Positions 39,059 to 49,625 of a stretch of DNA of 64,000 nucleotides are shown piece after piece. Numbering within the stretch: the first letter of the stretch is position 1; each line of letters starts with the position of its first letter. The stretch is taken from assembly GCA_965197745.1 (NCBI GenBank), contig CBDANS010000007.1:1888001-1952000 (forward strand). Direction: 5' to 3'. Both the position numbers and the translations under genes were made by a program. The notes beneath the pieces were generated by a model. It was not told the origin of the DNA. It worked only from the letters and a program-made list of their open reading frames with translations, and did not search any database. Source of the DNA: Opitutales bacterium (lineage in GTDB: Bacteria; Verrucomicrobiota; Verrucomicrobiia; Opitutales; PNEW01).

Positions 39059-40126
39059 ATGAGTAAAAGCTATAAAATTGCAGTAATACCTGGTGATGGA
39101 ACGGGACCTGAAGTCACTCGTGAAGCTGTTAAAGTGCTCAACGCTGCGGCGGACAAATTCGGATTTAAACTGGATTTGCACGAATATGATTTCGGTGGCG
39201 ATCGCTATCTAAAAAGCGGCGAAGCCTTGCCCGATAGCGCTTCTGAAGAGATGAATAAATTCAACTCCATACTCCTCGGGGCAATCGGCCATCCTGATGT
39301 TAAACCGGGCATCCTCGAAAAGGGAATCCTTTTGCGTTTAAGATTCGAATTAGATCAGTATATAAATTTGCGCCCTGTGATACTCTACCCCGGGGTTGAT
39401 ACCCCCCTTAAGGATAAAGGTCCTGAGGATATCAGTTATGTCGTGGTTCGCGAAAATTCGGGTGATCTTTACACGGGAACGGGCGGCATCTCGATGAAAG
39501 GAACACCTCATGAAGTAGCGGTACAGAGTGCGGTTTACAATCGATTCCAAGTGGATCGCTGTCTCAAGTACGCTTTTGATTACACGCGCAAAAGGGATAA
39601 AAAAAGAACGCTTGCTCTATGTGGAAAGACGAATGTTCTCACATATATTTATGACCTCTGGGAGCGCGCTTTTAATGAAATGGGAGAAAAAGATTACCCC
39701 GACATCACCCGCGAGTATTACCATGTCGATGCCGCCTGTATGTGGATGGTAAAAAATCCTGAATGGTTTGATGTAATCGTCACTGGCAATATGTTTGGTG
39801 ATATCATCACCGATCTGGGTGCTATAACCCAGGGTGGTATGGGTATTGCCGCGGGAGGAAACATTAATCCTGAAGGGGTGAGCATGTTTGAACCCATTGG
39901 CGGATCTGCTCCAAAATATACGGGGAAAAATGTGATTAACCCTCTCGCTGCCGTTTGTGCTTCCATGATGATGCTGGAAACGCTGGGAGAGGATGCTGCT
40001 GCCAATGCAGTTGAAAAAGCAGTTGTGGAAGTTACGGGAGGGAAATTAAAAGAACTTGGCGCCGGAAAAATGGGGTACAGTACCAGTGAAGTGGGAGATA
40101 TGCTTGCTGAGATGGTTGCGGGTTAA
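39059..40126 (+). CDS. leuB: 3-isopropylmalate dehydrogenase
   Basis: 'PGDGTGPEV', 'NLRP', 'NMFGDIITD', 'FEPIGGSAP'. Confidence 0.88.
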   Translation: MSKSYKIAVIPGDGTGPEVTREAVKVLNAAADKFGFKLDLHEYDFGGDRYLKSGEALPDSASEEMNKFNSILLGAIGHPDVKPGILEKGILLRLRFELDQYINLRPVILYPGVDTPLKDKGPEDISYVVVRENSGDLYTGTGGISMKGTPHEVAVQSAVYNRFQVDRCLKYAFDYTRKRDKKRTLALCGKTNVLTYIYDLWERAFNEMGEKDYPDITREYYHVDAACMWMVKNPEWFDVIVTGNMFGDIITDLGAITQGGMGIAAGGNINPEGVSMFEPIGGSAPKYTGKNVINPLAAVCASMMMLETLGEDAAANAVEKAVVEVTGGKLKELGAGKMGYSTSEVGDMLAEMVAG

Positions 40127-40192
40127 TATACCTGCTCTCTTGTCTCTAGCTTCTGCTAGCATATCTTTATTCAGTTTGGACATAGAGCTATT

Positions 40193-42868
40193 ATGAAGTC
40201 AGCTGATATCAGGTTATCTTTCCTTAACTTTTTTAAAAGTAAGGGGCACACCATTGTCCCTTCAACCTCCTTGAGACCCACTGCTCCCAACCTGCTCTTC
40301 ACCAATGCAGGAATGAACGCATTTGTCCCCAATTTTCTAGGGGAACAGGAAGCGCCGCATAAACGTATAGCTGACACTCAAAAATGCATTCGGGCTGGCG
40401 GCAAGCACAACGACCTGAAAGATGTCGGCTTCGACACGTCTCATCATACTTTCTTCGAGATGTTGGGTAACTGGTCTTTTGGTGATTATTTCAAAAAAGA
40501 GGCTATCGAATGGGCTTGGGAACTGCTGACGAAAGTATGGGAAATACCTAAAGAACGTATTTACGTGACTGTATATAAACCGGAAAAAGGTGAACCCGCC
40601 GAATTTGATCAGGAGGCCTATGATTACTGGAAATCTATATTTAAAGCCGAAGGCATGGATCCTGACATCCATATATGCACCGGTGGAGAAAAAGAAAATT
40701 TCTGGATGATGGGTGAAACCGGACCCTGTGGCCCCAGCAGTGAAATCCATATCGATCTAACCGAGCAGGGAAATACTTTGGGAAAACTCGTGAACACGGA
40801 TTCCCCCTATTGTGTTGAATTGTGGAACCTTGTCTTTATTCAATTTAATGCCCAGGTAAACGGTGATTTTACACCCCTTGCTTCCAGGCATGTAGACACC
40901 GGAATGGGATTTGAACGCGCTGCGGGTATTTTTGCTACGACGAAAAATTTCAGTGATTTTTCACGTCCACCATCAAACTACGACAGCGATTTATTTACCG
41001 ATATATTCAATCAACTGACTCATTTAACTGGCCATCACTACCAGTCCACAATACCTGAAGACAGAAATAAGCTGTCTGATATGGAAATGCGTGACTGTGC
41101 TTTTCGGGTCATTTGCGATCACATTCGCACCCTCACTTTTTCAATTGCAGACGGTATTATACCGGGCAACGAAGGGAGAAACTATGTTCTCAGACGAATT
41201 TTGAGACGGGCACTTCTCTTTGCAAATCGAATCGAATTACCCCATCGATCTCTCGTCATTCTTGCCGAATTATTAATCGATAAATTTAAAGACATATTTC
41301 CCGAACTTTCAGAACAAAAAGAAATAATTCTTAAATGTATCGATGCTGAGGAGGAAACTTTTGAAATCACCCTCGACCGGGGTTTACAGCACTTTGAAAA
41401 AATGACTTCCGGGAAGAAAAAGACTGTTTCGGGGAAGGATGCATTTAAACTTTTTGACACTTACGGGTTCCCTATTGATTTAACCCAAATCATCGCTCGT
41501 GAACGGGGTATTAAGATAGACCTTGTTGGATTTAATAGGGAAATGGAAAAACAGCGCGAACGCGCGCGCGCGGCGCAAAATAAGACCGTCATTACGGTTC
41601 AAGAAAATAAAACTATCGCAGCTAATGAAACGAAGTTTGTGGGTTATGAAAAAGCTAACCTCCAGGATTTTAAAGCAGAAATAAAGGATATCGTTTTTGA
41701 AGGTGATGACTGTTTTCTCATATTTGACCAGACACCATTTTACGCCCAGATGGGAGGACAAATTGGTGATAGCGGCCATGCCACCATAAAAGGAGATCGT
41801 TTCCCTATTCTCGATACCTTGAAAGACGAATCCAATCATTATCTGCATAAAACAAAACTATCGGGAAGCGGTGAATGGGTGGGAAAATCAGTTTTACTCT
41901 CAGTTGATGGGGAAAGGCATTCAGCAATTCAGCGCCATCATTCGGGCACTCATCTCCTCCATTGGGCCTTGCGTGAGATACTGGGATCACATGTGCATCA
42001 ATCGGGTTCATTCGTGGGCGATGATTATTTGCGTTTTGATTTCAACCATTTTGAGCAAACGCAAAAAATTCAACTGCGAGCAATTGAAAAGATTATTAAT
42101 GCCCGTATCTTAGAAGACACTGCGATAACCACCTATGAAGTTCCACTTGCGGAAAAACCCGATGCCGTCCTTGCCTTCTTCGGTGATAAATATGGGGCTA
42201 TCGTTCGCGTTGTGGACATCGGTGGATATTCTAAAGAACTCTGTGCGGGAACCCATGTTGAACGTACGGGTGAAATTGGCCCCTTAAAAATTGTAAGTGA
42301 AACAGCGATTGCTTCAGGGACGCGCCGCATAGAGGCCGTAGTCGGCACGAGCGCGTTAGATTTGATGAATCATGACTTCGATCTTTTACAGGAAATGGCG
42401 CAAAAATTATCCTGCAGCCCAGACGAACTTGTAGAGCGATTTGAATCGATTATATCACAGCGATATGAACTTGAAAAGCAACTGCGCAACCAGCAGGAAA
42501 AAGGAACTGCCCAGTTAGCGGAAAAATTAGCCGGGCAGGCGAAAATACATTCTGGATTGAATTGGGTGATCGCCAAGGTAAATGCTGCCAATACAGAGGA
42601 ATTGCGCTCGCTTGCGATCAGCACCGCGGAAATTCTCGGTCCCGTAGCAGTAGTTCTCGGCAGCATTATTAATAAAAAAGTTACCCTTCTTGTTTTATGT
42701 TCTGAAGATGCTGTGAATTCAGGACACCATGCCGGTCATATCGTAGGTGAAATTTCAGGAAAATTGGACGGCAAAGGGGGTGGCAAACCGGATTTTGCTA
42801 TGGGTGGAGGAAAGAATCCGGACAAACTGGAAGCTGTTCTTAACGCCTTTAATGAATCTCTCGGTTAA
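40193..42868 (+). CDS. alaS: Alanine--tRNA ligase
   Basis: 'FTNAGM', 'TFFEMLGNWSFG', 'DTYGFP', editing 'HSGTH'/'CAGTH', 'GGG'. Confidence 0.97.
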   Translation: MKSADIRLSFLNFFKSKGHTIVPSTSLRPTAPNLLFTNAGMNAFVPNFLGEQEAPHKRIADTQKCIRAGGKHNDLKDVGFDTSHHTFFEMLGNWSFGDYFKKEAIEWAWELLTKVWEIPKERIYVTVYKPEKGEPAEFDQEAYDYWKSIFKAEGMDPDIHICTGGEKENFWMMGETGPCGPSSEIHIDLTEQGNTLGKLVNTDSPYCVELWNLVFIQFNAQVNGDFTPLASRHVDTGMGFERAAGIFATTKNFSDFSRPPSNYDSDLFTDIFNQLTHLTGHHYQSTIPEDRNKLSDMEMRDCAFRVICDHIRTLTFSIADGIIPGNEGRNYVLRRILRRALLFANRIELPHRSLVILAELLIDKFKDIFPELSEQKEIILKCIDAEEETFEITLDRGLQHFEKMTSGKKKTVSGKDAFKLFDTYGFPIDLTQIIARERGIKIDLVGFNREMEKQRERARAAQNKTVITVQENKTIAANETKFVGYEKANLQDFKAEIKDIVFEGDDCFLIFDQTPFYAQMGGQIGDSGHATIKGDRFPILDTLKDESNHYLHKTKLSGSGEWVGKSVLLSVDGERHSAIQRHHSGTHLLHWALREILGSHVHQSGSFVGDDYLRFDFNHFEQTQKIQLRAIEKIINARILEDTAITTYEVPLAEKPDAVLAFFGDKYGAIVRVVDIGGYSKELCAGTHVERTGEIGPLKIVSETAIASGTRRIEAVVGTSALDLMNHDFDLLQEMAQKLSCSPDELVERFESIISQRYELEKQLRNQQEKGTAQLAEKLAGQAKIHSGLNWVIAKVNAANTEELRSLAISTAEILGPVAVVLGSIINKKVTLLVLCSEDAVNSGHHAGHIVGEISGKLDGKGGGKPDFAMGGGKNPDKLEAVLNAFNESLG

Positions 42869-42991
42869 TCAATCTACCCCGTAAAGCAATATATTTGCGC
42901 CATTATTCTCATTACATGAGGGTAAAATTGATCTGTTAAAATCAGTCCTGCCCACGCTAAAAAGCTCAGATCTACTGAATTGTATCTCGTT

Positions 42992-44260
42992 TTAACGAAT
43001 CATTCCTGCGGCAACAGTCTCGTTGGTAAACTCATCAATTAGAATTATACTGCCCATTATGCGGTTTCGACGATAACTATCGTAGAGTAAGGGACTGGAA
43101 GTCCGAAGAATGACACGTCCGATATCATTAAGACCGATATCACGGTCATTCTCTAATTTATGCAGCGTGTTAATATTTATTTTATAACTTATATTTTTCA
43201 CCAGGGTTTTTACTTCCCGCGTCGTATGTCGCAGAATGTATTTGCCATTCGGCTCAAGTTTTTTCTTCTCCGAGAACCAACACAGCATGATGTCTATATC
43301 TTGCCCCACCCTGGGTTTGTTATTCGGTTTTGCGAGGACATCACCGCGACTTATATCCAATTCGTCTTCCAGGGTTACGGAGACAGATAACGGAGAGAAT
43401 GCTTCATCTAAATCACCATTGATAGAGTGTATCCCCTTAATACGTGAGCTGAATCCGGAAGGCATCACAACTATTTCATCTCCCGGTTTGAATACTCCGC
43501 CAGCGATGCGTCCGGCATAGCCGCGAAAATCGTGGTAATCATTGGAATGGGGTCTTATCACCCATTGAATGGGGAGTCGGGGATCAACCTGGTTGGCATC
43601 AGGGCCAATGTAAACGTGATCCAGATGATAGAGAAGGGTAGATCCGTCATACCATGGCATGCGTTCAGATTTTTCTACAACATTATCTCCATGTAATGCG
43701 CTTATAGGAATAAAAGTCATGTCGGAAATATCCATGCGGGAGGCGAAATCGGTAAAATCACTCATAATTATGTGGAATACCTCTTCACTATAATCAACAA
43801 GATCCATTTTATTAATACAAATGGCCAAATGTTGTATTCTCAAGAGGGAGGCAATAAATGTATGGCGACAGGTTTGTTCGACCACCCCGTTGCGAGTATC
43901 GATAAGGATGATCGCTAAGTTTGCGTTCGACGCTCCGGTAACCATATTCCGTGTGTATTGGATATGTCCTGGCGTATCCGCTATAATAAATTTTCGTCGC
44001 GGAGTGGCGAAGTAACGATAGGCTACATCGATTGTTATACCCTGCTCACGCTCTGCTCTAAGACCGTCCGTTAGTAATGCCAGATTTACATAATCGTCAC
44101 CCCGTTTCTTACTGGTCCTTTCAATGGCATCAAGCTGGTCCTCAAAAATTGTTTTTGTATCGAATAGTAATCGACCGATGAGAGTGCTTTTCCCATCGTC
44201 AACGCTACCCGCAGTGGTAAAGCGCAGGAGATCCATATCAAGGTATGAGTGATCGTTCAT
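42992..44260 (-). CDS. cysN: Sulfate adenylyltransferase large subunit
   Basis: 'GSVDDGKSTLIGRL', 'EQGITIDVAY', 'DTPGH'. Confidence 0.95.
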   Translation of the reverse strand: MNDHSYLDMDLLRFTTAGSVDDGKSTLIGRLLFDTKTIFEDQLDAIERTSKKRGDDYVNLALLTDGLRAEREQGITIDVAYRYFATPRRKFIIADTPGHIQYTRNMVTGASNANLAIILIDTRNGVVEQTCRHTFIASLLRIQHLAICINKMDLVDYSEEVFHIIMSDFTDFASRMDISDMTFIPISALHGDNVVEKSERMPWYDGSTLLYHLDHVYIGPDANQVDPRLPIQWVIRPHSNDYHDFRGYAGRIAGGVFKPGDEIVVMPSGFSSRIKGIHSINGDLDEAFSPLSVSVTLEDELDISRGDVLAKPNNKPRVGQDIDIMLCWFSEKKKLEPNGKYILRHTTREVKTLVKNISYKININTLHKLENDRDIGLNDIGRVILRTSSPLLYDSYRRNRIMGSIILIDEFTNETVAAGMIR

Positions 44261-44310
44261 ATAAAACTAATTTATCCTCTTAGGTATGAATTCCATTATA
44301 TTATCGGACC

Positions 44311-45219
44311 TCAAAAATAACCATCTCGCTTTCGATCTTCCATCGCTGTTTCGGAACGTTTATCATCGGCACGCCCTCCCCGCTCGGTAATTCTTGCCGC
44401 TGCAACTTCCCTGATAATAGCTTCCACATCGCCTGCTTCCGATTCTATTGCACCGGTGCAGGTGGCATCACCCACCGTTCGAAATCGAACATTCAGGCAT
44501 TCAGTCTTTTCACCGGCTTGCAGTGAAATAAAATCAGTGGCGGCCAGTATCACCCCCTCACGCTTTACTACCTCACGCTTATGGGAAAAATAGATGGTCG
44601 GTATTTTTAAATTTTCCATCGCGATATATTGCCATACATCCATCTCTGTCCAGTTGCTTAATGGAAAAATGCGGAAATGCTCTCCCATATTTTTCCGCCC
44701 ATTATAAAGACTCCAAAGCTCCGGTCTTTGGTTTTTAGGGTCCCACTGACCAAATTCATCACGGTGAGAAAAAATTCGCTCTTTCGCTCTCGCCTTTTCT
44801 TCATCGCGGCGGGCACCGCCAATAGCTGCATCAATATTGTTTTCCTTGATGGTGTCGAGAAGGGTTATCGTTTGTATCGCATTGCGGCTCGCGTTTGGCC
44901 CCTTCTCTTCAATAGCACGCCCATTATCGATAGATGCTTGCACCCTTCCGACTACCAGACGGGCGCCTATTTCATTTACCAGTTGATCACGGAACTCAAT
45001 AGTTTCATGAAAATTATGCCCTGTGTCTATGTGCAGCAAGGGGAATGGCAACTTCGCCGGCCAAAACGCTTTTTGGGCTAGACGTGTAACAACAATCGAG
45101 TCTTTTCCACCTGAAAAAAGAAGCACTGGATTTTGAAACTGAGCCGCGATTTCTCTTAATATATAAATTGCTTCGGACTCGAGATGATTAAGGTGGTTTA
45201 CAGAATAAGAATAATGCAT
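44311..45219 (-). CDS. cysD: Sulfate adenylyltransferase small subunit
   Basis: 'SGGKDS', 'WDPKNQRPELW', 'RFRTVG', 'MEDRKRDGYF'. Confidence 0.96.
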   Translation of the reverse strand: MHYSYSVNHLNHLESEAIYILREIAAQFQNPVLLFSGGKDSIVVTRLAQKAFWPAKLPFPLLHIDTGHNFHETIEFRDQLVNEIGARLVVGRVQASIDNGRAIEEKGPNASRNAIQTITLLDTIKENNIDAAIGGARRDEEKARAKERIFSHRDEFGQWDPKNQRPELWSLYNGRKNMGEHFRIFPLSNWTEMDVWQYIAMENLKIPTIYFSHKREVVKREGVILAATDFISLQAGEKTECLNVRFRTVGDATCTGAIESEAGDVEAIIREVAAARITERGGRADDKRSETAMEDRKRDGYF

Positions 45220-45293
45220 GCGATCAGTTTCATAGAATTAATATAAAATTTTTAAAAATATTGAAGGACAACAAACAATGAAAATGAAATATC

Positions 45294-45899
45294 TCAAGAA
45301 TATTTGATCTGGTTAATTATTCTGGTATAGAGAATTTCTAGACACTCCTCGAGGCTACATTTTTCAGTATCGAGTGTGAGATCGGCTTGCGCCGGTTCCT
45401 CAAAAGCCGAATCCTTTCCCGTAAATTGCTTTATCGCACCGGATTCCGCCTTCGCGTAGAGTCCTTTCACGTCACGGGAGGCACAGACATCAAAAGGGCA
45501 TCTGACATAAACTTCACAGAAATTTTCTTCGCCGATTATCTTTCTGGCTAATTCGCGTAGTGCTAGCCTGGGGGTGATAAATGCAGTAATTGTCACTAAA
45601 CCGGCATTGAGAAATAATTTAGCCACTTCCGCAATGCGTCGGATATTTTCTTCACGATCCTCATCAGAAAATCCCAGATTATTATTTAAACCTGCGCGGA
45701 TATTATCACCGTCCAGGATTTGCGTTAAATAACCATCCTCGTTAAGTCGACGTTCCAGGGTATCAGCAATAGTACTTTTCCCTGATCCCGATAACCCATA
45801 TAACCAGACTACATAGCCATGTTGTTTGAGGAGTATTTCCTTATCTCTTTTAATCAGCATCTGCTTAAATTGAGGATGGATGTTCTCTGGTGTGGTCAT
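45294..45899 (-). CDS. cysC: Adenylyl-sulfate kinase
   Basis: 'GLSGSGKST', 'LDGDN', 'RDVKGLY'. Confidence 0.96.
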   Translation of the reverse strand: MTTPENIHPQFKQMLIKRDKEILLKQHGYVVWLYGLSGSGKSTIADTLERRLNEDGYLTQILDGDNIRAGLNNNLGFSDEDREENIRRIAEVAKLFLNAGLVTITAFITPRLALRELARKIIGEENFCEVYVRCPFDVCASRDVKGLYAKAESGAIKQFTGKDSAFEEPAQADLTLDTEKCSLEECLEILYTRIINQIKYS

Positions 45900-46110
45900 C
45901 TTTTATAGTTTAAATGTAATAATTAAAAAATCCTTATATTATCATATAATGGATATAACGATAGTTAAATTTAAGTAATTCAGGTTACGATTACCCCTCC
46001 ATAGGAATTAGAAATAGCATGCAGAAATGAAGCTCAGAGTGTCATCCCGTAGACTACTGCATGCCCTTGATAAACAAACTGAGCAACAGCATAGGCCGCA
46101 GCCTTACTCC

Positions 46111-46827
46111 TTAAATCTGAAAATCAATAATATTTGTAGACTCATGAAGTCCGCATTCACGCTTCACTCCATTAAATCTGGTCTCTTCAGAAATCATCCC
46201 CGCTTTAAGTTTACTGGTGCTATGCCAATCACCCAGCGAAACATATCTAGCATCCTTTAAGGGGTGATAAGGTAAATTATGCTTTTGCATGTAATTATCA
46301 ATGTCCCCGTCATTCCAATCAATAATGGGATGAAACTTTAATATGTTGTTCTGCTCTTTGATTACATTAAGTGATTGCCGCGACTTCGCCTGATCGCGTC
46401 GCAATCCAACCATCCACGCATTTGCTTCCAATTCCACAAGGGCCCGATTCATCGGCTCAATTTTACGGGTAAAATTATATTGCCTTAAACTGTCCTCCCC
46501 CTGTTCCCATAATCGACCGTTAAGTGATTCCTGCTCTGCTGCGCTCATCAAGGGATGATATTTTTCCAAATTGATATTAAATCGTTCACACAGCTCTCGG
46601 GCATAGCGATAAGTATCGGCAAAAAGATAGCCTGTATCGATGAAAATTACGGGGATTTGGGGGTAGATACTTGTTGCCAGATGAAGCATAACCGGCGATT
46701 GAATGCCAAAACTCGTGCTCACAACCAGTTTATCAGAAAAATTCTCGTACGCCCAGGCTATCCGATCTAACGACTTAAGTGATTCCAGATCAATAGTTTG
46801 TTCTTCTATGGATTTGACTTCCAGCAT
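46111..46827 (-). CDS. cysH: Phosphoadenosine phosphosulfate reductase
   Basis: 'STSFG', 'DTGYLF', 'RECGLH'. No CC/CxxC Fe-S motif, so PAPS-type. Confidence 0.92.
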   Translation of the reverse strand: MLEVKSIEEQTIDLESLKSLDRIAWAYENFSDKLVVSTSFGIQSPVMLHLATSIYPQIPVIFIDTGYLFADTYRYARELCERFNINLEKYHPLMSAAEQESLNGRLWEQGEDSLRQYNFTRKIEPMNRALVELEANAWMVGLRRDQAKSRQSLNVIKEQNNILKFHPIIDWNDGDIDNYMQKHNLPYHPLKDARYVSLGDWHSTSKLKAGMISEETRFNGVKRECGLHESTNIIDFQI

Positions 46828-46966
46828 CAGTTTCAGGTCTTAATCTTAAAATAATACTATCTTTAGTATTTTAGGTTATATACTTAAGATAATATGTCAA
46901 GACCAGGGGCGTAATTAAGTAAAATTGGATTGAGAAATTGCGGCATTAACCCTGCCACTCCTGGCT

Positions 46967-48076
46967 TTAATATTCAATAAAGCTCAGGTCGAGAGGAACG
47001 GTGACGCAAAGATTCTCTTCATTCATAACACGAACTTCACGATGATTATCCCCCGGTACAATTTCAGTAACCATGCCAAAATCTCGTGGGACCTGGTGCA
47101 CCGCTTGAATCAACCTGATTGATGTTGAGCGAGAACGCGAGAAATGCCGAGTCGTTGCAATTCCACGTTTTTGCAGTGGGTTTTTACGAGACAAAGCCAA
47201 CCAATCGAAGTAGGTATTTACTTCTTCGAGCCCAACACGATTGCGATGTCTCCCACACCAAGGCGCCTGGTGTCGTCCCCCATTCGTAAACCAAAACAGG
47301 GTGCTTGGGAGGACTTTCGTGTTCTTCAAGCTGAACCAGATATAACCGTCCATCGTTGCCGCAGTCCAGGCAAAATCTTTTTTTTTGTTCGCAATCATGA
47401 CCAAATCTTCATATCCGGGGCGAGCGGGACAATTGTGCAAGGAGGTAAAACCACCATTGGCTAAAGCCACCTTGCCCAATGATTTGAATTTAGCACCCGT
47501 TTTTAATGCGCTGTATTCACCGTTTGCAGGATTCGCAAACGGCTTAGGGCAGACTTCACCATAGATAAAAGGACTGACATTGATAAAATAGGGCCCTCCT
47601 TTATCGGGAAATTGGAGAATAGCGTGGTGACCATAGTTATAGTGGCCTTGAACTCCATCGATAATGTGCTCCTGGTAAACAGCACGTTGCCCCTGTTTTA
47701 AGGATATTCGCTTGGTAATCTTACCTTTCAGATGTTTAAGAGGTAACTGCAACTCTATGCTGTGCACATTACTTTTCACGTACCGCCATTTTAAATTAGC
47801 GGTGTCTCCATGAACAAAGGGGATGCCCTTGTTCATACCAAAGGGAAAGCAAAAAAAATCACCACGCAGCATTCTCTCTATGGGAGGAAATTCCCGTGAA
47901 AGATCATTGGGCTTCCAAGGTGGCAGGGAAAAAGGTGACACCCAGCGGTGTTTCAACTTAAAACTTACGGGAGCTAGATGGCCCCCGATTTCAGTTAAAT
48001 AAAATTCAACCTTGTCACTGGAAATCCAGAAACTCGAAGCTCCGTGTATTACTGTTTTAATATTGGGGACACGCAT
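46967..48076 (-). CDS. Hypothetical protein (possible galactose-mutarotase-like fold)
   Basis: 369 aa with 'LRGDFFCFPFG', 'HG', 'GHHA' motifs. The fold is an inference. Confidence 0.6.
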   Translation of the reverse strand: MRVPNIKTVIHGASSFWISSDKVEFYLTEIGGHLAPVSFKLKHRWVSPFSLPPWKPNDLSREFPPIERMLRGDFFCFPFGMNKGIPFVHGDTANLKWRYVKSNVHSIELQLPLKHLKGKITKRISLKQGQRAVYQEHIIDGVQGHYNYGHHAILQFPDKGGPYFINVSPFIYGEVCPKPFANPANGEYSALKTGAKFKSLGKVALANGGFTSLHNCPARPGYEDLVMIANKKKDFAWTAATMDGYIWFSLKNTKVLPSTLFWFTNGGRHQAPWCGRHRNRVGLEEVNTYFDWLALSRKNPLQKRGIATTRHFSRSRSTSIRLIQAVHQVPRDFGMVTEIVPGDNHREVRVMNEENLCVTVPLDLSFIEY

Positions 48077-48481
48077 TGCATTATAGGGAGCAGCAGCTCT
48101 GATAATCCCAAAGCGGATAAATGATTACAAGATTTATGGACATAAAGATCAGGGTTTAGGTCCGAGTATTTACTATTTCTCTTATAATTAACAGGGTGAG
48201 ATTATCAGAGTAAAATTTAAAATGCGGTAATATTATTGTCATTTGAATACCGGACGCATGCCCCGGATCCACGGCCATAATTGCCCCCGGCGAACCGGAT
48301 GACGAATAGAATAGCCACTTTTATATCGTGACACAGGAGGAATGAAAATTTATACTCTCGACCCCATATGTTCATTTATTTTATTTTTATGATGAAATAA
48401 ATAGGGCTCGAAACACTACTATCACTCCCTTTTTTATATTATATCCCCCTCTTCTTAGATTATAGATTTATAGGTTAAGGA

Positions 48482-49591
48482 ATGGAAATTAAATCACACC
48501 CTTTTTTTGAACATATCGCACCCGGGCAGCGCGATGATTTAATCCAATGCGCAGTTATTGAAGATTACCCGCCTGACACCCTAATTTTTGAGGAAGGAAG
48601 CCGTTCAGATGGTATCTACCTCGTTATTGAAGGTGCAGTCGCCTTTAGTAAAAAAACCCCTGAAGATAAGTTCAGGACCGTTAGTTACTCTACCGCTGGT
48701 AATTTCTTTGGTGAGATCGGCTTATTCACGGGACAGACGCGTTCATCACGTGCTGAATCAAGAGGGACCGTAAAGCTCGCGAAAATCCCGAGCGACCATC
48801 TTTTGAAATTTATAAAAAATACCCCGGGTCCAATCGAAAACATTTTGCAAAGTATAGTCACCCATCTACATGATACCACCCAGCACTATATCGAGGACTT
48901 ACTGGAGCAGGAAAAATTGGCCATCGTAGGCAACATGATGAATACCATTATTCATGATTTTAAAAATCCATTCTGTTTAATCAGTCTCGGCGCTCAACTG
49001 ATCATGCAACAACACACGGATGATAAAACCCAAAAATTGTGTATTAATATAGAAGAGCAAGTCCAGAGGATGGTTGATATGGCAGAGGAATTGGCCCAAT
49101 TCTCCAGAGGTCAGCATCAGTTGAACCCGGAAAATATTAATATCAGAAAACTCCTGGAGCGATTTGAAGCATTGAATTTTCCATTCTTTCAAAATGATAG
49201 AATTAAAATCGAGATAGCCGTCCCGGATATTAATATTGAAGCAGAAGAAAATAAACTGTTACGGGTATTACAAAATCTCGTCGGTAACGCTATAGACGCC
49301 TTTGAAGAGAATCCGGGACATATCAGTATAACCGGTGGGGTTGAAGGGGAAACCCTAAATCTTGAAATCAATGACAACGGTAAAGGTATCCCCAAAGAAA
49401 TTCGTGAGCATTTTTTCGATCCTTTTGTCACTTATGGCAAAAGCCACGGAACGGGTTTAGGGAGCGCTATCGCCAAATCTATAATCGAAGCCCACATGGG
49501 GACAATCAGGTTTGAGACGGAAACCGGAAAAGGAACAACATTTTATATTAATCTGCCCGTAAAACAACAGGAAGTGGCCAATGTCGCTTGA
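48482..49591 (+). CDS. Cyclic-nucleotide-binding-domain sensor histidine kinase
   Basis: cNMP 'FFGEIGL..RSS', HisKA 'HDFKNP', HATPase N/G1/F/G2 boxes. Confidence 0.9.
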   Translation: MEIKSHPFFEHIAPGQRDDLIQCAVIEDYPPDTLIFEEGSRSDGIYLVIEGAVAFSKKTPEDKFRTVSYSTAGNFFGEIGLFTGQTRSSRAESRGTVKLAKIPSDHLLKFIKNTPGPIENILQSIVTHLHDTTQHYIEDLLEQEKLAIVGNMMNTIIHDFKNPFCLISLGAQLIMQQHTDDKTQKLCINIEEQVQRMVDMAEELAQFSRGQHQLNPENINIRKLLERFEALNFPFFQNDRIKIEIAVPDINIEAEENKLLRVLQNLVGNAIDAFEENPGHISITGGVEGETLNLEINDNGKGIPKEIREHFFDPFVTYGKSHGTGLGSAIAKSIIEAHMGTIRFETETGKGTTFYINLPVKQQEVANVA

Positions 49592-49625
49592 TCAATTTCC
49601 CCTTAAAGCGGGTTTTCCGCTCTTC

